Source: Patellaria atrata CBS 101060 (Eukaryota). Taken from it: a DNA stretch of 40,219 bases. The stretch spans positions 65,392-105,610 of the forward strand of contig MU006107.1 of NCBI GenBank assembly GCA_010093705.1. The letters run 5' to 3'. Under the pieces are notes generated by a model, which saw only the letters and a program-made list of their open reading frames with translations, had not been told where the DNA came from and did no database searches. The translations under genes and the position numbers were made by a program. Positions 24,168 through 35,733 of this stretch are shown here, piece by piece. Position 1 is the stretch's first letter, and every line of letters begins with the position of its first letter.

Positions 24168-26671
24168 GCGAGGAGAAGGAAAAAAAAATATGATCCTAAC
24201 TATGATATTTCCTACCTCAAATCGCCCGGCCTTTGTCGACTGAAAAACAGCACTAAAAGTGCAAACCCCCCTCTTACGCTTTACCAGCATTTGTACTATC
24301 TTAAAAAATGTTTTTCACATCATCATGTTTTTTTTGTATCATTTCCCTGGCGTTACGGGTTCGGTGTCTTCGGCATAGTGGATGGGGAAGCGATTAGGGG
24401 GTTAAAAGGCATGTTTTGTGGGCTCTAAGAAGCGTTTGTGGCTCGCGCTCGTCTTGTACTTTTCTAATATTGTAATCTGAGCAGATTACTGAATTCCTTT
24501 ATTTAATCTTCTTGTCCGTGGGTCGTTGTTACGGCGCCGGATGGTGAGTTCAATACCCGAGTTTCGATGGTTTGTTTAGTTTAGTTTAGTTAAAGATAGA
24601 GGGGATGGATAGTGAATCGATTATATTCTATGATGTGGTGTTTTAGATGTGAAGATATTGACTATTGAGTGCTATGGAGTTCTGTCTGGTTTGAGTGAAT
24701 TACATATATTCTTGTGTGAGACGGTTGTTGCTAGGTCTAACTAAGGTATGGACAGTACATGATGTCTGAATAATAATGCGCTTCACATCAGGGGTTGAGC
24801 AACGGTGAAAATGGTATTGTTTGTTAAGTATTCCGTCACTGCCTCCCCTCAACTGCCTAAATACCCCGTTCTCCCATGTCCTCCTGTACACCACTGACAG
24901 CACCAGTCTTGCCAGTGCGTCTGCGCCAATGGTTGCTATGCTCAAATTGACCTATTCGCCTATACAGAAACTGTAAGATTGAGACTGTGAGGTTTGAAGG
25001 CCCTACGGTTATTAGGTGTTTTGTACGCCTGGGAGGATTGAGGTATCCTCGAGTCTGGAAGTGCAATATTTGGGTAAGGATGAAGGGGTTAGTGTGACTG
25101 GACGTTACTTTGGTAGGATGACGGGTAGATTCATGGTCTGCTTCCAGAATGTTGTTGATGAGGTTCGGATCGGTTCGAACACGCTTATCAAATGCCACTT
25201 CGAAAGGCCGAACTTAAACCCCGAGGATTGATCCAAGTGGTTCTATACGTAGGCGACTATCGTCTTTCGGTCGTCGGAGATGAAAGGATTGGGGACCTTC
25301 GGATCCTTATCGTGGCTTGTTCGAGAGGATCAGGCGGTACATCCTCAATGTTCTCAATAAAGCTTGGGTTTTGCCTTTCAACTCAAGGTAATCGCCTCTT
25401 CCAAGGTAATTGAGACATGTCCAGGAAATTGATCCAAGTGTCGAACAAAGTCGGCTTGGAAAAAACACACGATATAGAACTCCTCTCAGGTCCTTGAGGG
25501 GGTCGAGCAAGCAACCTGAGTTACTCCCAGAAACGTGCAAGATTGAACTATCTCAAGCCCGGTAGTGGGTCGAGGAGGCATGAACTAAGTCGTATGAAAG
25601 TACGCAAAAAAGAGTCTATCTCGAACTCTGGAGGGAGCCGAGCTGCGCCGAACTGAGTCGCCCACGGTCACAGAACTGATCTCATAGCCTCGAAGGGGTC
25701 AAGCTCTCGAACTAATTCGGTCAAACAATTCACACAAAATAGAACTGACCTCAGATCCTCGGAAGAATCGAGCTCGTGAACTTAGTTGCCCAAACGACAT
25801 AACTTCTCGAACTAAGTCTCCTCGAAAGAAAGATTAGAAAAGAGACGACGGGAGTTGAATTTATTTGATGTCTGTGACGCTATGCCCTTATTGGACAGCG
25901 GGGCAAGGGGAAACCTCGGTGGCTGTTTTCCCACTAGAGCCTTTTGGGAACTCAAGGTATCAGACGCATACTCAACATTATATCCATCGTGAGTGAGTGA
26001 ATAGATGGGCATGTATCCCAAATTCAGACACGCGATCCAACCTTCAAGGTCTCCTTGCAGAGGAGAAAAGGAACGGGAAGGAATTGATTCACTGAGCCCC
26101 GGTATCTGTGCGGACTGAATACCTATCCGTGGAGATAGGTATCCAAACGAGAATTGATAGAGTACTATCTTCCACACGGAGTAGCCAATTATACTATGAA
26201 GTAACCATACGGAGTAATACTACTCTTTTACTCCTTCCTCCCTTACTTACCCTTTCCTATAGATTCTGTTTCCCCTATCTCAGATGCCGTTACTCGTCTG
26301 CTCGTACCAAGCGCTGTCAGCTCCCGCTGGTCCTTATTTCTGTGCAACGTTTGAAACTGACCTCACTCTATACGGTTAACGTTCCAGCTGGTCTTCCAGC
26401 TGGTTTTCCAGCAGATGCTCAACCCTACGGAGATGCCTCCTGTGTGGTCGCTGTTGTCTTCGAGCTTTTGTGGCGCTATTCCCTTATTGGATAGTGGGGT
26501 TAGGGCAACTAAATGGAAGCTTGTTACTCCCTTTCATCATAGCCTAAGGTAAGCATATACTAATTTGTTGCCTCCGATACAATTATATCTAAGTACGTAC
26601 TGAAACTCAAAACAACCCTGAATTTGCACCTCATTTCTCTTGACTCACTTCATAAAGCCTAACAGCAAAGT

Positions 26672-29239
26672 ATGTCTTGTCAGCATGTTAATTCTCCAGG
26701 TAAGTCTTCACTAAGCGAAATCATTACTGCACACACAACGGCATTACTTACTGTTAGCTAGATCTTCGTCCACCAAGGCCTACTCAGTCAGTCTATCGTG
26801 AAGATTGTACTCAATGCTTCAATTCTATAGTAAGCTTTTACTATCTACCCTCTATCGAATGCTCCTCACCAGCGGTATCCTAGGACGATCCGGATGGACT
26901 AGATATTTGTCTATACTGCTTCAACGGGGGCTGTCCTTCAGATCAGTCCCATGCCGTCGTCCACTATGAAACCACACACCACCCGCTCGTTCTGAACATC
27001 AAACGAACACGAAAGAGGGTAAAGCGTGATGAACCCCCCCAAAAGCTATCAAAGCTTGCCATTGCCGCCGAAACCGAAGAGGACCGCTACGATACAACGA
27101 CAGAGGTCAAATGTTACCAATGTGGGGTCCAAAACATCGATAAGGGAACAGGGAAACTCCCAGAAGTTGTGGATGCTGTTTTAAAAGCTAACACATTTGC
27201 GAGGCAAGAAGAGGTCAAGGCATGGGAGCAAGAGATGATACCGTGTGAGCACACACTTTGCTTAGAGCAACAGGCACCGATGCAGATAGAGGCTCAAAAC
27301 TTAGCAAACTGCTCAAAGTGTGATCTGAAGGAGAACTTATGGCTTTGCCTCACCTGTGGCAATCTAGGTTGCGGTCGTGCTCAGTATGGTGGCGTTGGCG
27401 GAAATGGGCACGCACTTGCACATACGGATGAGGTTCATCATCCCGTTGCTGTCAAACTCGGGTCATTGACGGCTGATGGAAATGCTGATATTTATTGCTA
27501 CTCATGCAATGAGGAAAGAGTGGATCCCGAGCTCCCTGCTCACCTGGCGCATTGGGGTATCAACATTGCGGAAAGACAGAAGACTGAAAAGAGCTTGACG
27601 GAGATGCAGATCGAGCAGAATCTCCGTTGGGAGTTTGCAATGGTTACTGAAGATGGAAAGGAGCTCCTACCCTTGTTTGGGGAAGGCTTTACTGGACTGA
27701 AGAATATGGGGAATAGCTGTTACCTCGCAAGTGTGGTGCAAAGTTTGTTCTCCATGCCCGAGTTCGTGGAGAGATACTATCATCCCAAAGATCCACCACC
27801 GCCCTCTCAAGCACCCGCTGAGGATTTGGAAACCCAGTTGCGCAAGATTGCGGACGGGCTCTTGTCTGGTCGCTATTCAAAACCCGATAGCGATTACATA
27901 ATCTCAGAGAACACAGCTGAAGTACCTCACCAAAAGGGGTTGGCTCCAGCAATGCTTAAGCACCTAATCGGTAGGGGTCATGATGAGTTCTCCACCATGC
28001 GCCAACAAGATGCTTTCGAACTTCTATTGCACCTCCTGAAGCTCATTACACGACAGCAACATCCTGCTCCGTTGAAGAATCCCGTAGACTCTTTCCGGTT
28101 CGTGATGGAGCAACGTTTGCAATGCATTTCATGTAAAAAGGTTCGCTATCGTATGGATGAGCAGGAAAACATTTCAATACCCGTACCGATCCGCCGAATG
28201 TCAAAGGAATTCCAGATGGAAGTTTCAACAGCGGATGGCAAAGAAAAGGAGAAGGAAAAGGATGAGTTTGAGCCAGTCACTCTCAAAGAGTGCCTCGACA
28301 TTTTTACTGCTGACGAAATGGTCGAATTTACGTGTCCAGCGTGCGGAGGTAAGGATGGTGCCATAAAGCGAAACGGTTTCAAGACGTTCCCTACAGTTCT
28401 TGCTATAAATGCAAGACGTTTTGAGGTTGTGGGATGGGTTCCCACGAAACAAGATGTCCCAGTCATCGTTAACGATGAGCCATTCTCATTCGATGCCTAC
28501 AAATCTCTTGGACTACGGGACGAGGAGGAGGCTTTACCCGAAGATGCTGAGCCCGCCACATCAAACAAATTTATTCCAAATGAGGCCGCTTTGTCGATGC
28601 TGGAAGCTATGGGATTCCCGAGAGTGCGGTGTGAGAAGGCGCTCCACGCAACGGGCAACTCTGATGCAGAAACGGCATCAAACTGGCTCTTCGCTCACAT
28701 GGAGGATCCAGATATTGACACACCGGTAAGCTTTGGAGGTGGGTCAAGCGCAAAACCCTCCGCGGCAATTGATCCAGAGGCAATAGAGAACTTAGGTGCT
28801 ATGGGATTCAATGCTCCTCAAGCACGACAGGCACTCAAAGAAACTGGCGGTGACATGGAACGTGCTGTCGATTGGCTCTTCAACCACCCTGATGCTGCTG
28901 GAGACTTTGGCGACGATGATGCACCCGAGACACAAGAAGAATCATCAACCAAGGAAAGACCATTGCCTGGCGACGCAACTCTACCTGCAGACTTCCAGCT
29001 ACACTCAATTATCTGCCACAAGGGGAGTTCGATTCATGCTGGGTAAGTCGTCTCGTTCATTAGATTCTGAGAGCTATCAACCTAACACTCATAGACACTA
29101 CGTGGCATTCATACGAAAGCAGCTTCCTGGTGATCCATCGCCAAGTTGGGTGTTGTTCAACGATGAGAAGGTGGCAAAGGCGGCTGATGTGGAGGAGATG
29201 AAGAAGTTTGCATATGTCTATTTCTTCAGGCGGGTCTAA
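26672..29239 (+). CDS. UBP14: Ubiquitin-specific protease 14 / isopeptidase T (USP5-like); exons 26672-26699, 26762-26829, 26884-29042, 29095-29239
   Basis: N-terminal VYREDCTQCF, ZnF-UBP (CSKCDLKENLWLCLTCGNLGCGR), Cys box GLKNMGNSCY, QQDAFE, two UBA domains (AMGF) and His box CHKGSSIHAGHYVAF...WVLFNDEKV. Confidence 0.96.
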
Positions 29240-29758
29240 TGGTGTCTATCTGCATTTGTAACTTTTATATCAAGTTCAGCATATGCATTGCGAGTGGCGT
29301 AGAGTTGGCTTTTGAAAAAAAAAGCGAAGCGAGGGGTTGGTGGGATAAATAGGTATTAGAAAGCATGAACAGGTGTAATTGGGACACGAAGATGATATAG
29401 TTGTATACACAAAAGTGTTCGACTCTATTAGGAAGTATTAAAGAAAGGAGTAAAGAATATCTCCGTCTCCGTGCTGCTCGGCTTTGATAGAAGAAAATTG
29501 CCTCTTTGGGTTTAAGGTCTGCCGTAGTTTCTATCTATGTCATACCCGAGGATCTAGCCCGCTTTGAACAACCCAATCGCAAAGAATCTTGGACCCCATC
29601 CTTCGTCACAGAAGAACACCCTCGCCCATATTTCATTCTTATCAGATTTCAACATCTACAAAAACCTAACCGCAACACATCACCCCGCCATCACAATACT
29701 ACGATTGAACGCCCAAAAATACACACTTCAAACAAATACGATATAAGGAATCGAAAGG

Positions 29759-30673
29759 ATGATGAGGAGAGCGATCACACGAGTCCCGGTGCAGGCGAGC
29801 AGAGCTCTCCGCACCACCACTGCGAGCCCGGCGATGAATGCGACGAGGACGGTGACGGTGACTGCTCAACAGACACAGAGCAGGAGGAGCTATCATGAGA
29901 AAGATAAGTCGAATTCTTTTCCTTTCGATCTCCAAAGAAGAGGTTTCGACGATGTGGCGGACGTGGCGGACGGGCGATATGTGAGAGCGAAGTTTGGCGT
30001 CTCTCTCTCTCTCTTTCTCTCTCTCGATCTCTACATCCCCCATCCCGTCTACCTGTTATACCGTGCCGTATCTCCTCCAACCTTAACAGTTTCATGTCTT
30101 TGTTTTGTCCTTTGGTCTTCCCAAACACCTTAAGCTAACACCCCCAAACTGCTCGACCACTACTCCCGCCCCCGCAACGTCGGCTCCATGCCCAAGGACG
30201 CGGCGGACGTTGGCACCGGCCTCGTCGGCGCCCCCGCCTGCGGCGACGTCATGAAGCTCCAGATCCGCGTCGACCCGGCCAGCAACACGATCGCCGACGT
30301 CAAGTTCAAGACGTTCGGCTGCGGCTCCGCCATCGCGAGCTCGAGCTACCTCACAGAACTGGTCCGCGGCATGACGCTCGAGGATGCCGGCAAGATTCGG
30401 AACACGGAGATCGCGCGGGAGCTTTGTTTGCCGCCTGTCAAGCGTGAGTTGTTGCTTTATCCTTCCTGTGTTAGCCTTTTGGTCTTTGGGAGGATGTAGG
30501 GCTGATACGAAGTCGTAGTTCACTGCTCCATGCTCGCCGAGGACGCCATCAAATCCGCCATCTCGAATTACTATTCCAAGAACCCGAAGGCGCGAAAGAC
30601 GGATCTCGGGGCCGCTGACGCCTCGATTCCGAAAGTCGAGGTCGAGACAGTTTCTGCTTCTTCGCCCGCGTAG
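29759..30673 (+). CDS. ISU1: Mitochondrial Fe-S cluster scaffold Isu1/IscU; exons 29759-29903, 30150-30443, 30519-30673
   Basis: Arg/Thr/Ala-rich presequence, then RRSYHEKV|LDHYSRPRNVGS...VGAPACGDVMKLQI...KFKTFGCGSAIASSS...ELCLPPVKLHCSMLAEDAIK (three Cys plus LPPVK). Intron 2 (30444-30518) is canonical. Intron 1 is non-canonical. Confidence 0.95.
29904..30149 (+). other. Non-canonical AT-AC intron (246 nt) with U2-type signals in ISU1
   Basis: AAA G|ATAAGTC...TAAGCTAACACCCCCAAAC|TG CTC GAC CAC. Removal restores the conserved HEK-V-LDHY. GCTAAC lies at 30134-30139 and there is no AG between it and exon 2. Confidence 0.8.
30000..30025. repeat. (CT)n microsatellite inside ISU1 intron 1
   Basis: tctctctctctctctttctctctctc. 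Confidence 0.9.
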
Positions 30674-31289
30674 ATAACGCCGGGACTGGAAATTAAAACT
30701 GTGCTTTTTTGCCGCGTTCGGCGTTCTGTGATTGTTTGGGGGGTTTGTTTGTGTGCGTTGTTAGATAGCGGGAAGGGAGGCGGGAGATAAGACTTTCGCT
30801 ATGCGATATTGTGGTTGAAGCGTTGAAATTTGAGTCTCGAGCCAATGCTTTGTGTGTTGTGCATCTCCGGGAATGGGGAGTGGTGAAAATGAAAAACCTT
30901 CCTACCTTAATGCTCCAGCAAATGGAGTAGGCTATCGTTGTATATATGTACTTCATTCTTCTATCCTCTCGGTCGACCAAATGCGTGACACCCTCGTATC
31001 GTGGTGAGATGCTCACGCCACTTTTGGGATATGAGTCTCTGGCGTGGGAACTGATTCTTGGCGGATCGGATTCCCTGATGTCGTCGGGTAGAGGTGAGCT
31101 GGTATCTGTTATTGATACCGTACAATATGCAGATTGGGGGATTTGGGTTAGATTATATCAGATCGGGTCAGATACGAATCCAGCACTCCTACCTACCTTA
31201 TCCCATACCGATCGAACAAACTCTCAATTCACCAAAAAAAAAAAAAATGCACACCACAAACCAAGGACCAAATAAACCCATTTGCGGAA

Positions 31290-31320
<31 letters not shown>
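31290..31320. repeat. (TA)n / TATG microsatellite between the convergent ISU1 and FLC genes
   Basis: atatatgtatatgtatatatatatatatata. Confidence 0.9.
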
Positions 31321-31549
31321 ATCACCCAGCTTGAGCTGCCTTATGAGCTACGGCTCCATCTACCCTTTCCACCTCACCGAAAAAAAGGAACGTCCCAGCC
31401 TCGCGGCCCACGAAAATCTTCCCACTGGCATCCCCAGCTATGCATACCAAAGCAAACAAAATAAACTAAAACGCCCGCTAAGTGACAACCGAAAATAGAC
31501 AAACGAAACCGAATCCTTCATTTTTTACAGTACACATAATCTCTCCCCC

Positions 31550-33784
31550 TTAATAACCCCTCCCGACCTCGACATCCGGCAACCTCGGCGCGCGCTCCTC
31601 ACTCCACGTCCTCCCGTGACTCAAACTCCTCGCATGGCTCTCGCTCCTGCCGTGTCCCAGACTCGCGGAATCGTTCAGCAGCGCCGTCCGACTGGGACTG
31701 TCGTTCCTATGACCGCGGCTGAAGCGGTTGGTGTGCGTGATATTGTCGTTTAGCGGGATGGGGTCGTACTGGCCCATTTGGGGGTCTGCGCTCTTGTACG
31801 CGGTGGGGTCCATGAGGAGGGAGTTGCGGGCATCGAGGGGGGTGAGGGTGTCGAGGTCGCGGTTGAGTTTTTCTAATGGTTGGGAGTTAGTATGATTGTT
31901 TTTTTTTTCTTGGGGGGGGGGGGGGGGTGGGGACGTACCAGCCTCCTTCCTCTTCTTACGGTGGGGATTAGCGCGGCAACAGACGACGATGGCATTGACA
32001 GCGATGAGGATGGCGAGGAGACCCGTCAACACTGCTTGTAGGACGATGAGGACGACGCCAGTGATGGTCTGTGTGCTCTGCGCGACGCCGAGTTCCTCCA
32101 CGAAGACGAGGACGCAGACGACGGAGAGCACACGGACGACTTGGATGGTGATGTTGATCCAGTTACCGGATTTGAGGGAGAAGGGGCGGACCCAGAGGAG
32201 CAGCAGGAGGAGAAGGGATTCGATGATGAGTTGACCGCCGGCTTGAACGAGGCCGTGACCGCTGGCACCGGCGATGATACAACCTTTGGCGAACATGTAG
32301 ACGATGACTGGGATGAAGATCCACCAGTAACTCTGCTTGTAGTTTTCGTAGAAGATGCTGTATTTTCTCCATGTTTCCTTGTCCTCGAACAGAGCGTGAG
32401 CGTCACCTTCTACTTTTTTGAACTTGCTGGCGACTTGCCAAATCTTGAAGGTAAAATAACCAAGAACGGCGGTAAAGAGAGCTAAGGTAACACCGGCCAA
32501 TATCTTAGCACCCCAGGAGTCACCGTTCGTGAATTGATAGATGCACCAAAGCGTCCAGATGCCATAAAGTAAGAGAATCAGATTGGTGATTGTTTTGGCC
32601 ATGGTCCACCAGTATCGTTTCCTAAATCCAGTCAGGCTCTTAGGAAAACTACCAAAGAGAGCCCATCCTTCTAGAATGACTTTGAACAGAAGGATTCCGA
32701 CAGCGATGGAAGCAACAATAATGGCGAAAACAAGAAGAATGGTCATGAATGTGTTAGCTTGAGGGATCGATAGTTCTTCAACGTAAGCCTGGATGCCTTC
32801 CACATAGTGCATAACTTTACTGTCACTGTTCGTCGTCGAGTTCGCGGAACCAATGGTTGTCCCATTAATCGTAGTAGTAAAGTCGCGAGCATACAGAAGG
32901 AATTCGTCGAAACTGCGTTTGTTAAGCGTACGAGCCTGATGTACGAGAGTTGCATTTCGAAGGAAGTCTACATTAGCCTCTGTGAGATTGCCACCTGTAG
33001 ATTTCCTGAATGAGTCGATGGATCGTTGCATGCCATCCCATTCGAATAGACCAGTGCTGAACGCGAAGTTCTTGGCAAAGTTCCTGTAAACTTGGGGGTA
33101 TTGAACGCTGAGCATCCCATTCATAGCCATACTCTGGAACCAGCCTAAACACTCTCCGAAGGTAGGACTAGGGGAAGCGGCTCCGGGATGACCACCGGCA
33201 GCTAATGCGGACAGACCAGAAAGAATAAGAGCACCACCAACTATACCACCAGCAGCATAAGAAACGGCCGGTACAGATGTTGTCTTCCCGTTCTTGACCA
33301 CAGACTCGACACAAGCAACTGGATCATCGCCACCATCAACTGGAAGTAGTTCCATTTTTGCTGTACCATCTATATCCGGGATATTGAAGGCGATATCTGG
33401 AATCTGTGATGCAAACTCGTTCGGAATATCCACATCACCAGCAGAGGCAAACTCGCCAGAAGGAACGGGACATAGTTGTGGGAACGATGTCTCTTCGTCA
33501 CAGGGATTAAACTCTTTCGTGTAGAGTTCTCTTCCATAAGCAAATGCGGTAAGTTTTGCCTTGACCTTCACTTCTCTTGCGCTTGATCCGGCAACATCAA
33601 AGGTCACTCTGTTGGTTCGTCTGTCGAATTTTATATTCATCCTCTGAATTTGAATATCCGAGTTGCTAGAGCACATGCTGAAGCCACTGGTTTCAAGAAT
33701 ATCACCGGCCAGAGCTGTAAGCGGAAGTGTTCCTAGCAATAACAAAGGGGCAAACGTTGCCCGTAATCGTGAAGAGAGATGCAT
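31550..33784 (-). CDS. TRP-like / flavin carrier (FLC/Pkd2) family membrane protein; exons 33784-31939, 31872-31550
   Basis: Signal peptide, then an ML-like TRP_N domain (GDILETSGFSMC...TFDVAGSS...FNPC...QLCPVPSG...AFNIPDIDG...VACVES..NGKT), WFQSMAMNGMLSVQYPQVYRNFAKNFAFSTGL and multiple transmembrane helices. A 66-nt GTACGT...TACTAAC...TAG intron at 31938-31873 is read through in frame by the ORF track. Confidence 0.9.
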   Translation of the reverse strand: MHLSSRLRATFAPLLLLGTLPLTALAGDILETSGFSMCSSNSDIQIQRMNIKFDRRTNRVTFDVAGSSAREVKVKAKLTAFAYGRELYTKEFNPCDEETSFPQLCPVPSGEFASAGDVDIPNEFASQIPDIAFNIPDIDGTAKMELLPVDGGDDPVACVESVVKNGKTTSVPAVSYAAGGIVGGALILSGLSALAAGGHPGAASPSPTFGECLGWFQSMAMNGMLSVQYPQVYRNFAKNFAFSTGLFEWDGMQRSIDSFRKSTGGNLTEANVDFLRNATLVHQARTLNKRSFDEFLLYARDFTTTINGTTIGSANSTTNSDSKVMHYVEGIQAYVEELSIPQANTFMTILLVFAIIVASIAVGILLFKVILEGWALFGSFPKSLTGFRKRYWWTMAKTITNLILLLYGIWTLWCIYQFTNGDSWGAKILAGVTLALFTAVLGYFTFKIWQVASKFKKVEGDAHALFEDKETWRKYSIFYENYKQSYWWIFIPVIVYMFAKGCIIAGASGHGLVQAGGQLIIESLLLLLLLWVRPFSLKSGNWINITIQVVRVLSVVCVLVFVEELGVAQSTQTITGVVLIVLQAVLTGLLAILIAVNAIVVCCRANPHRKKRKEAGTSPPPPPPQEKKNNHTNSQPLEKLNRDLDTLTPLDARNSLLMDPTAYKSADPQMGQYDPIPLNDNITHTNRFSRGHRNDSPSRTALLNDSASLGHGRSESHARSLSHGRTWSEERAPRLPDVEVGRGY
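31912..31927. repeat. G16 homopolymer (C16 on the FLC sense strand) inside the FLC intron
   Basis: Run of 16 G followed by TGGGG. Confidence 0.9.
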
Positions 33785-35733
33785 TGTGAGAAGGGTTTAA
33801 CGCCAGCAAGGGCGATGGGTGGGAGTAGTGGAAGCTGTGAGGGACCAAAGCTCTCGCCAGATGGTCCTAGGATGTCCACGTGAAAATGGTTATGGGTCGT
33901 GGAGGACAGCAGAAACAGCAGTGTTAAAACAGCAGTGTTGATTCGTAAAAGGGTGGTCGGTTTAAGTTTCAGAAGGTCTATTACAAAGGTGATATAGACA
34001 AGAGTAGGATCAACCTCCTTCGTGCCGTTCAAGAGGTAGGATTCTGAGCGAAAGTCGGAAGGAGAAGTGAGGCAAGTTCGTTAATCGGAGTTGAAACGAA
34101 GGTCAAATGGGAAAAGAGGAAGATATGGGAGGGCTGTAAATGCAAGGAAGCCCTAACGAGTGATGGGCAAAATACAAACAGTGGTAAAACGTAGAATAGA
34201 GAAGTTGAGGAAGAGGGTGTGTTAAAAGGTGTGAGAAAAGTATGAGGATAAGGGATCTGGTTTGATGGCGAGTGCTTGACCAGGGTCTTGGGCAGGTTTC
34301 ACACTGCGCCCGCTTCTGAGATGGCGCTAAGATGAATCTGTACTAAACAGGAGAGAGGCCGCGAATCTCGTCTTGAATTGATAAATTTTGTAGTGATCAA
34401 CTGAATTATTCCCCTGATGGTAGGTAAGGTACGACGTAATGTTAATGCGAGTGAGTATGCAGCCGGGGAAAAGAGGGAACATAAAATTCGAGAAACATTG
34501 TGGCACAAGCTACCTTGATATAAAAACTCGGACATTCCAGCTGAAGGAGGGGGTACAGTACAGCAGAGTAAGGTATCATCTGGACCTTTTACTACTACTG
34601 TACCGGTAGGAGACAACCCACAGCCCTCCTGTAGTAACGCCCACAAGCGCGGTTTCGGGCACGGGAAGCCCATAGAAGCTCAGATTTCGAGCGAAGACTA
34701 GCAGAGAAAACCGTCACAAGCTCCTTTGGCATGGGAGCCAAGTTGACATGGCCACCACTTAAAAGCTTCCTCTTGATGCTTCTGTGAGCTGAGAGGTGCA
34801 TCTTTGCTGTCTCTTTGCTTTTCGCGCACACTCCGATGAATGAATGCCACTTTGGATCAAGACATGAAGTGAGTGACTGGAGTTGATATTGTCATCTGAA
34901 TTTATTCTTCCCCTCAGCGCATCTTCTTTCCTTTGACCTACGATTGTCTGCTTGATACCGTCAAGGTCTTGGACGCTATCCATCCTAAAATGCGCAAACT
35001 CTTTGTCGAGCTATCCTTATCGTCATTATTGAATGTGCTCAGATATCCCGATATCGAAATCCTGTATCCGGCAAGCAGTCCCTTGAATGCTCCGTGAAAG
35101 TCTTTCCAGTTGCCGTGGCTAGGTACGTTGCGGTCTTGCAGCTCGTATTTTTTTTTTCTTTCTCTGGAGGCTGAGCAGTGCTATTTTTGGACCGTTGACT
35201 TCGGCGATACACGATTAGTCAGGCGGCTCAGGCCGTACTTCGACACTTTCACTCGACGCTTATTTGTACGTTCAAGATGAATAATCGTACAGTATACGTT
35301 GTCTTAACCTGTTGGCTTTGGTGTTATCGTCACACGTCCGCACGGGTGATTTCTAACGGTGGAAATGCGGTTGCGGTGCAAAGAAGCGTTGGATGAACAA
35401 CGGGTTGACTTACTTTAGCATTTTTCGCTTCTCTCTGACTGACAGTTCGCGTATGAAGACTTGACCACGTCAGTATCAGTAGTAGATCATGCATCACATG
35501 AGGGTACCTGAATCTATCAGTTATGAAGTGCTATCTCACATATTGGAATCAATCCAAAATTCCATATGTGGACGTCATTTAGTGTGAGATATAGAGCAAA
35601 GGCTCGTCTTCCCTTTATATTCGTCTCTATTTGAATCATTTTTTATGACCGCGTTGTTGCGTAGGTATTTCAAGCACAGCCACTCTTTCATTTCTATCAA
35701 CCGCTTCGTTCTTTCCATCTCTACCCAGCACGA

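Noticed and set aside
25545..25815. CRISPR-like or regular repeat array
   Set aside because: Only 5-9-nt shared words at irregular spacing, in a eukaryotic context.
30081..30089. CCTTAAC resembling a U12 branch site inside the ISU1 AT-AC intron
   Set aside because: It lies about 60 nt from the required 3' end and the donor is ATAAGT rather than ATATCC, while a U2-type GCTAAC is correctly placed. A U12-type call is not supported.
29981..30089. Canonical GTGAGA...CAG intron as an alternative explanation for ISU1
   Set aside because: Its removal leaves exon 2 out of frame and does not restore HEKVLDHY.
29903..30148. Shifted junction GA...AA giving YHEKLLDHY
   Set aside because: Formally in frame, but GA-AA ends have no good mechanistic precedent and misalign the xTAAGT donor consensus.
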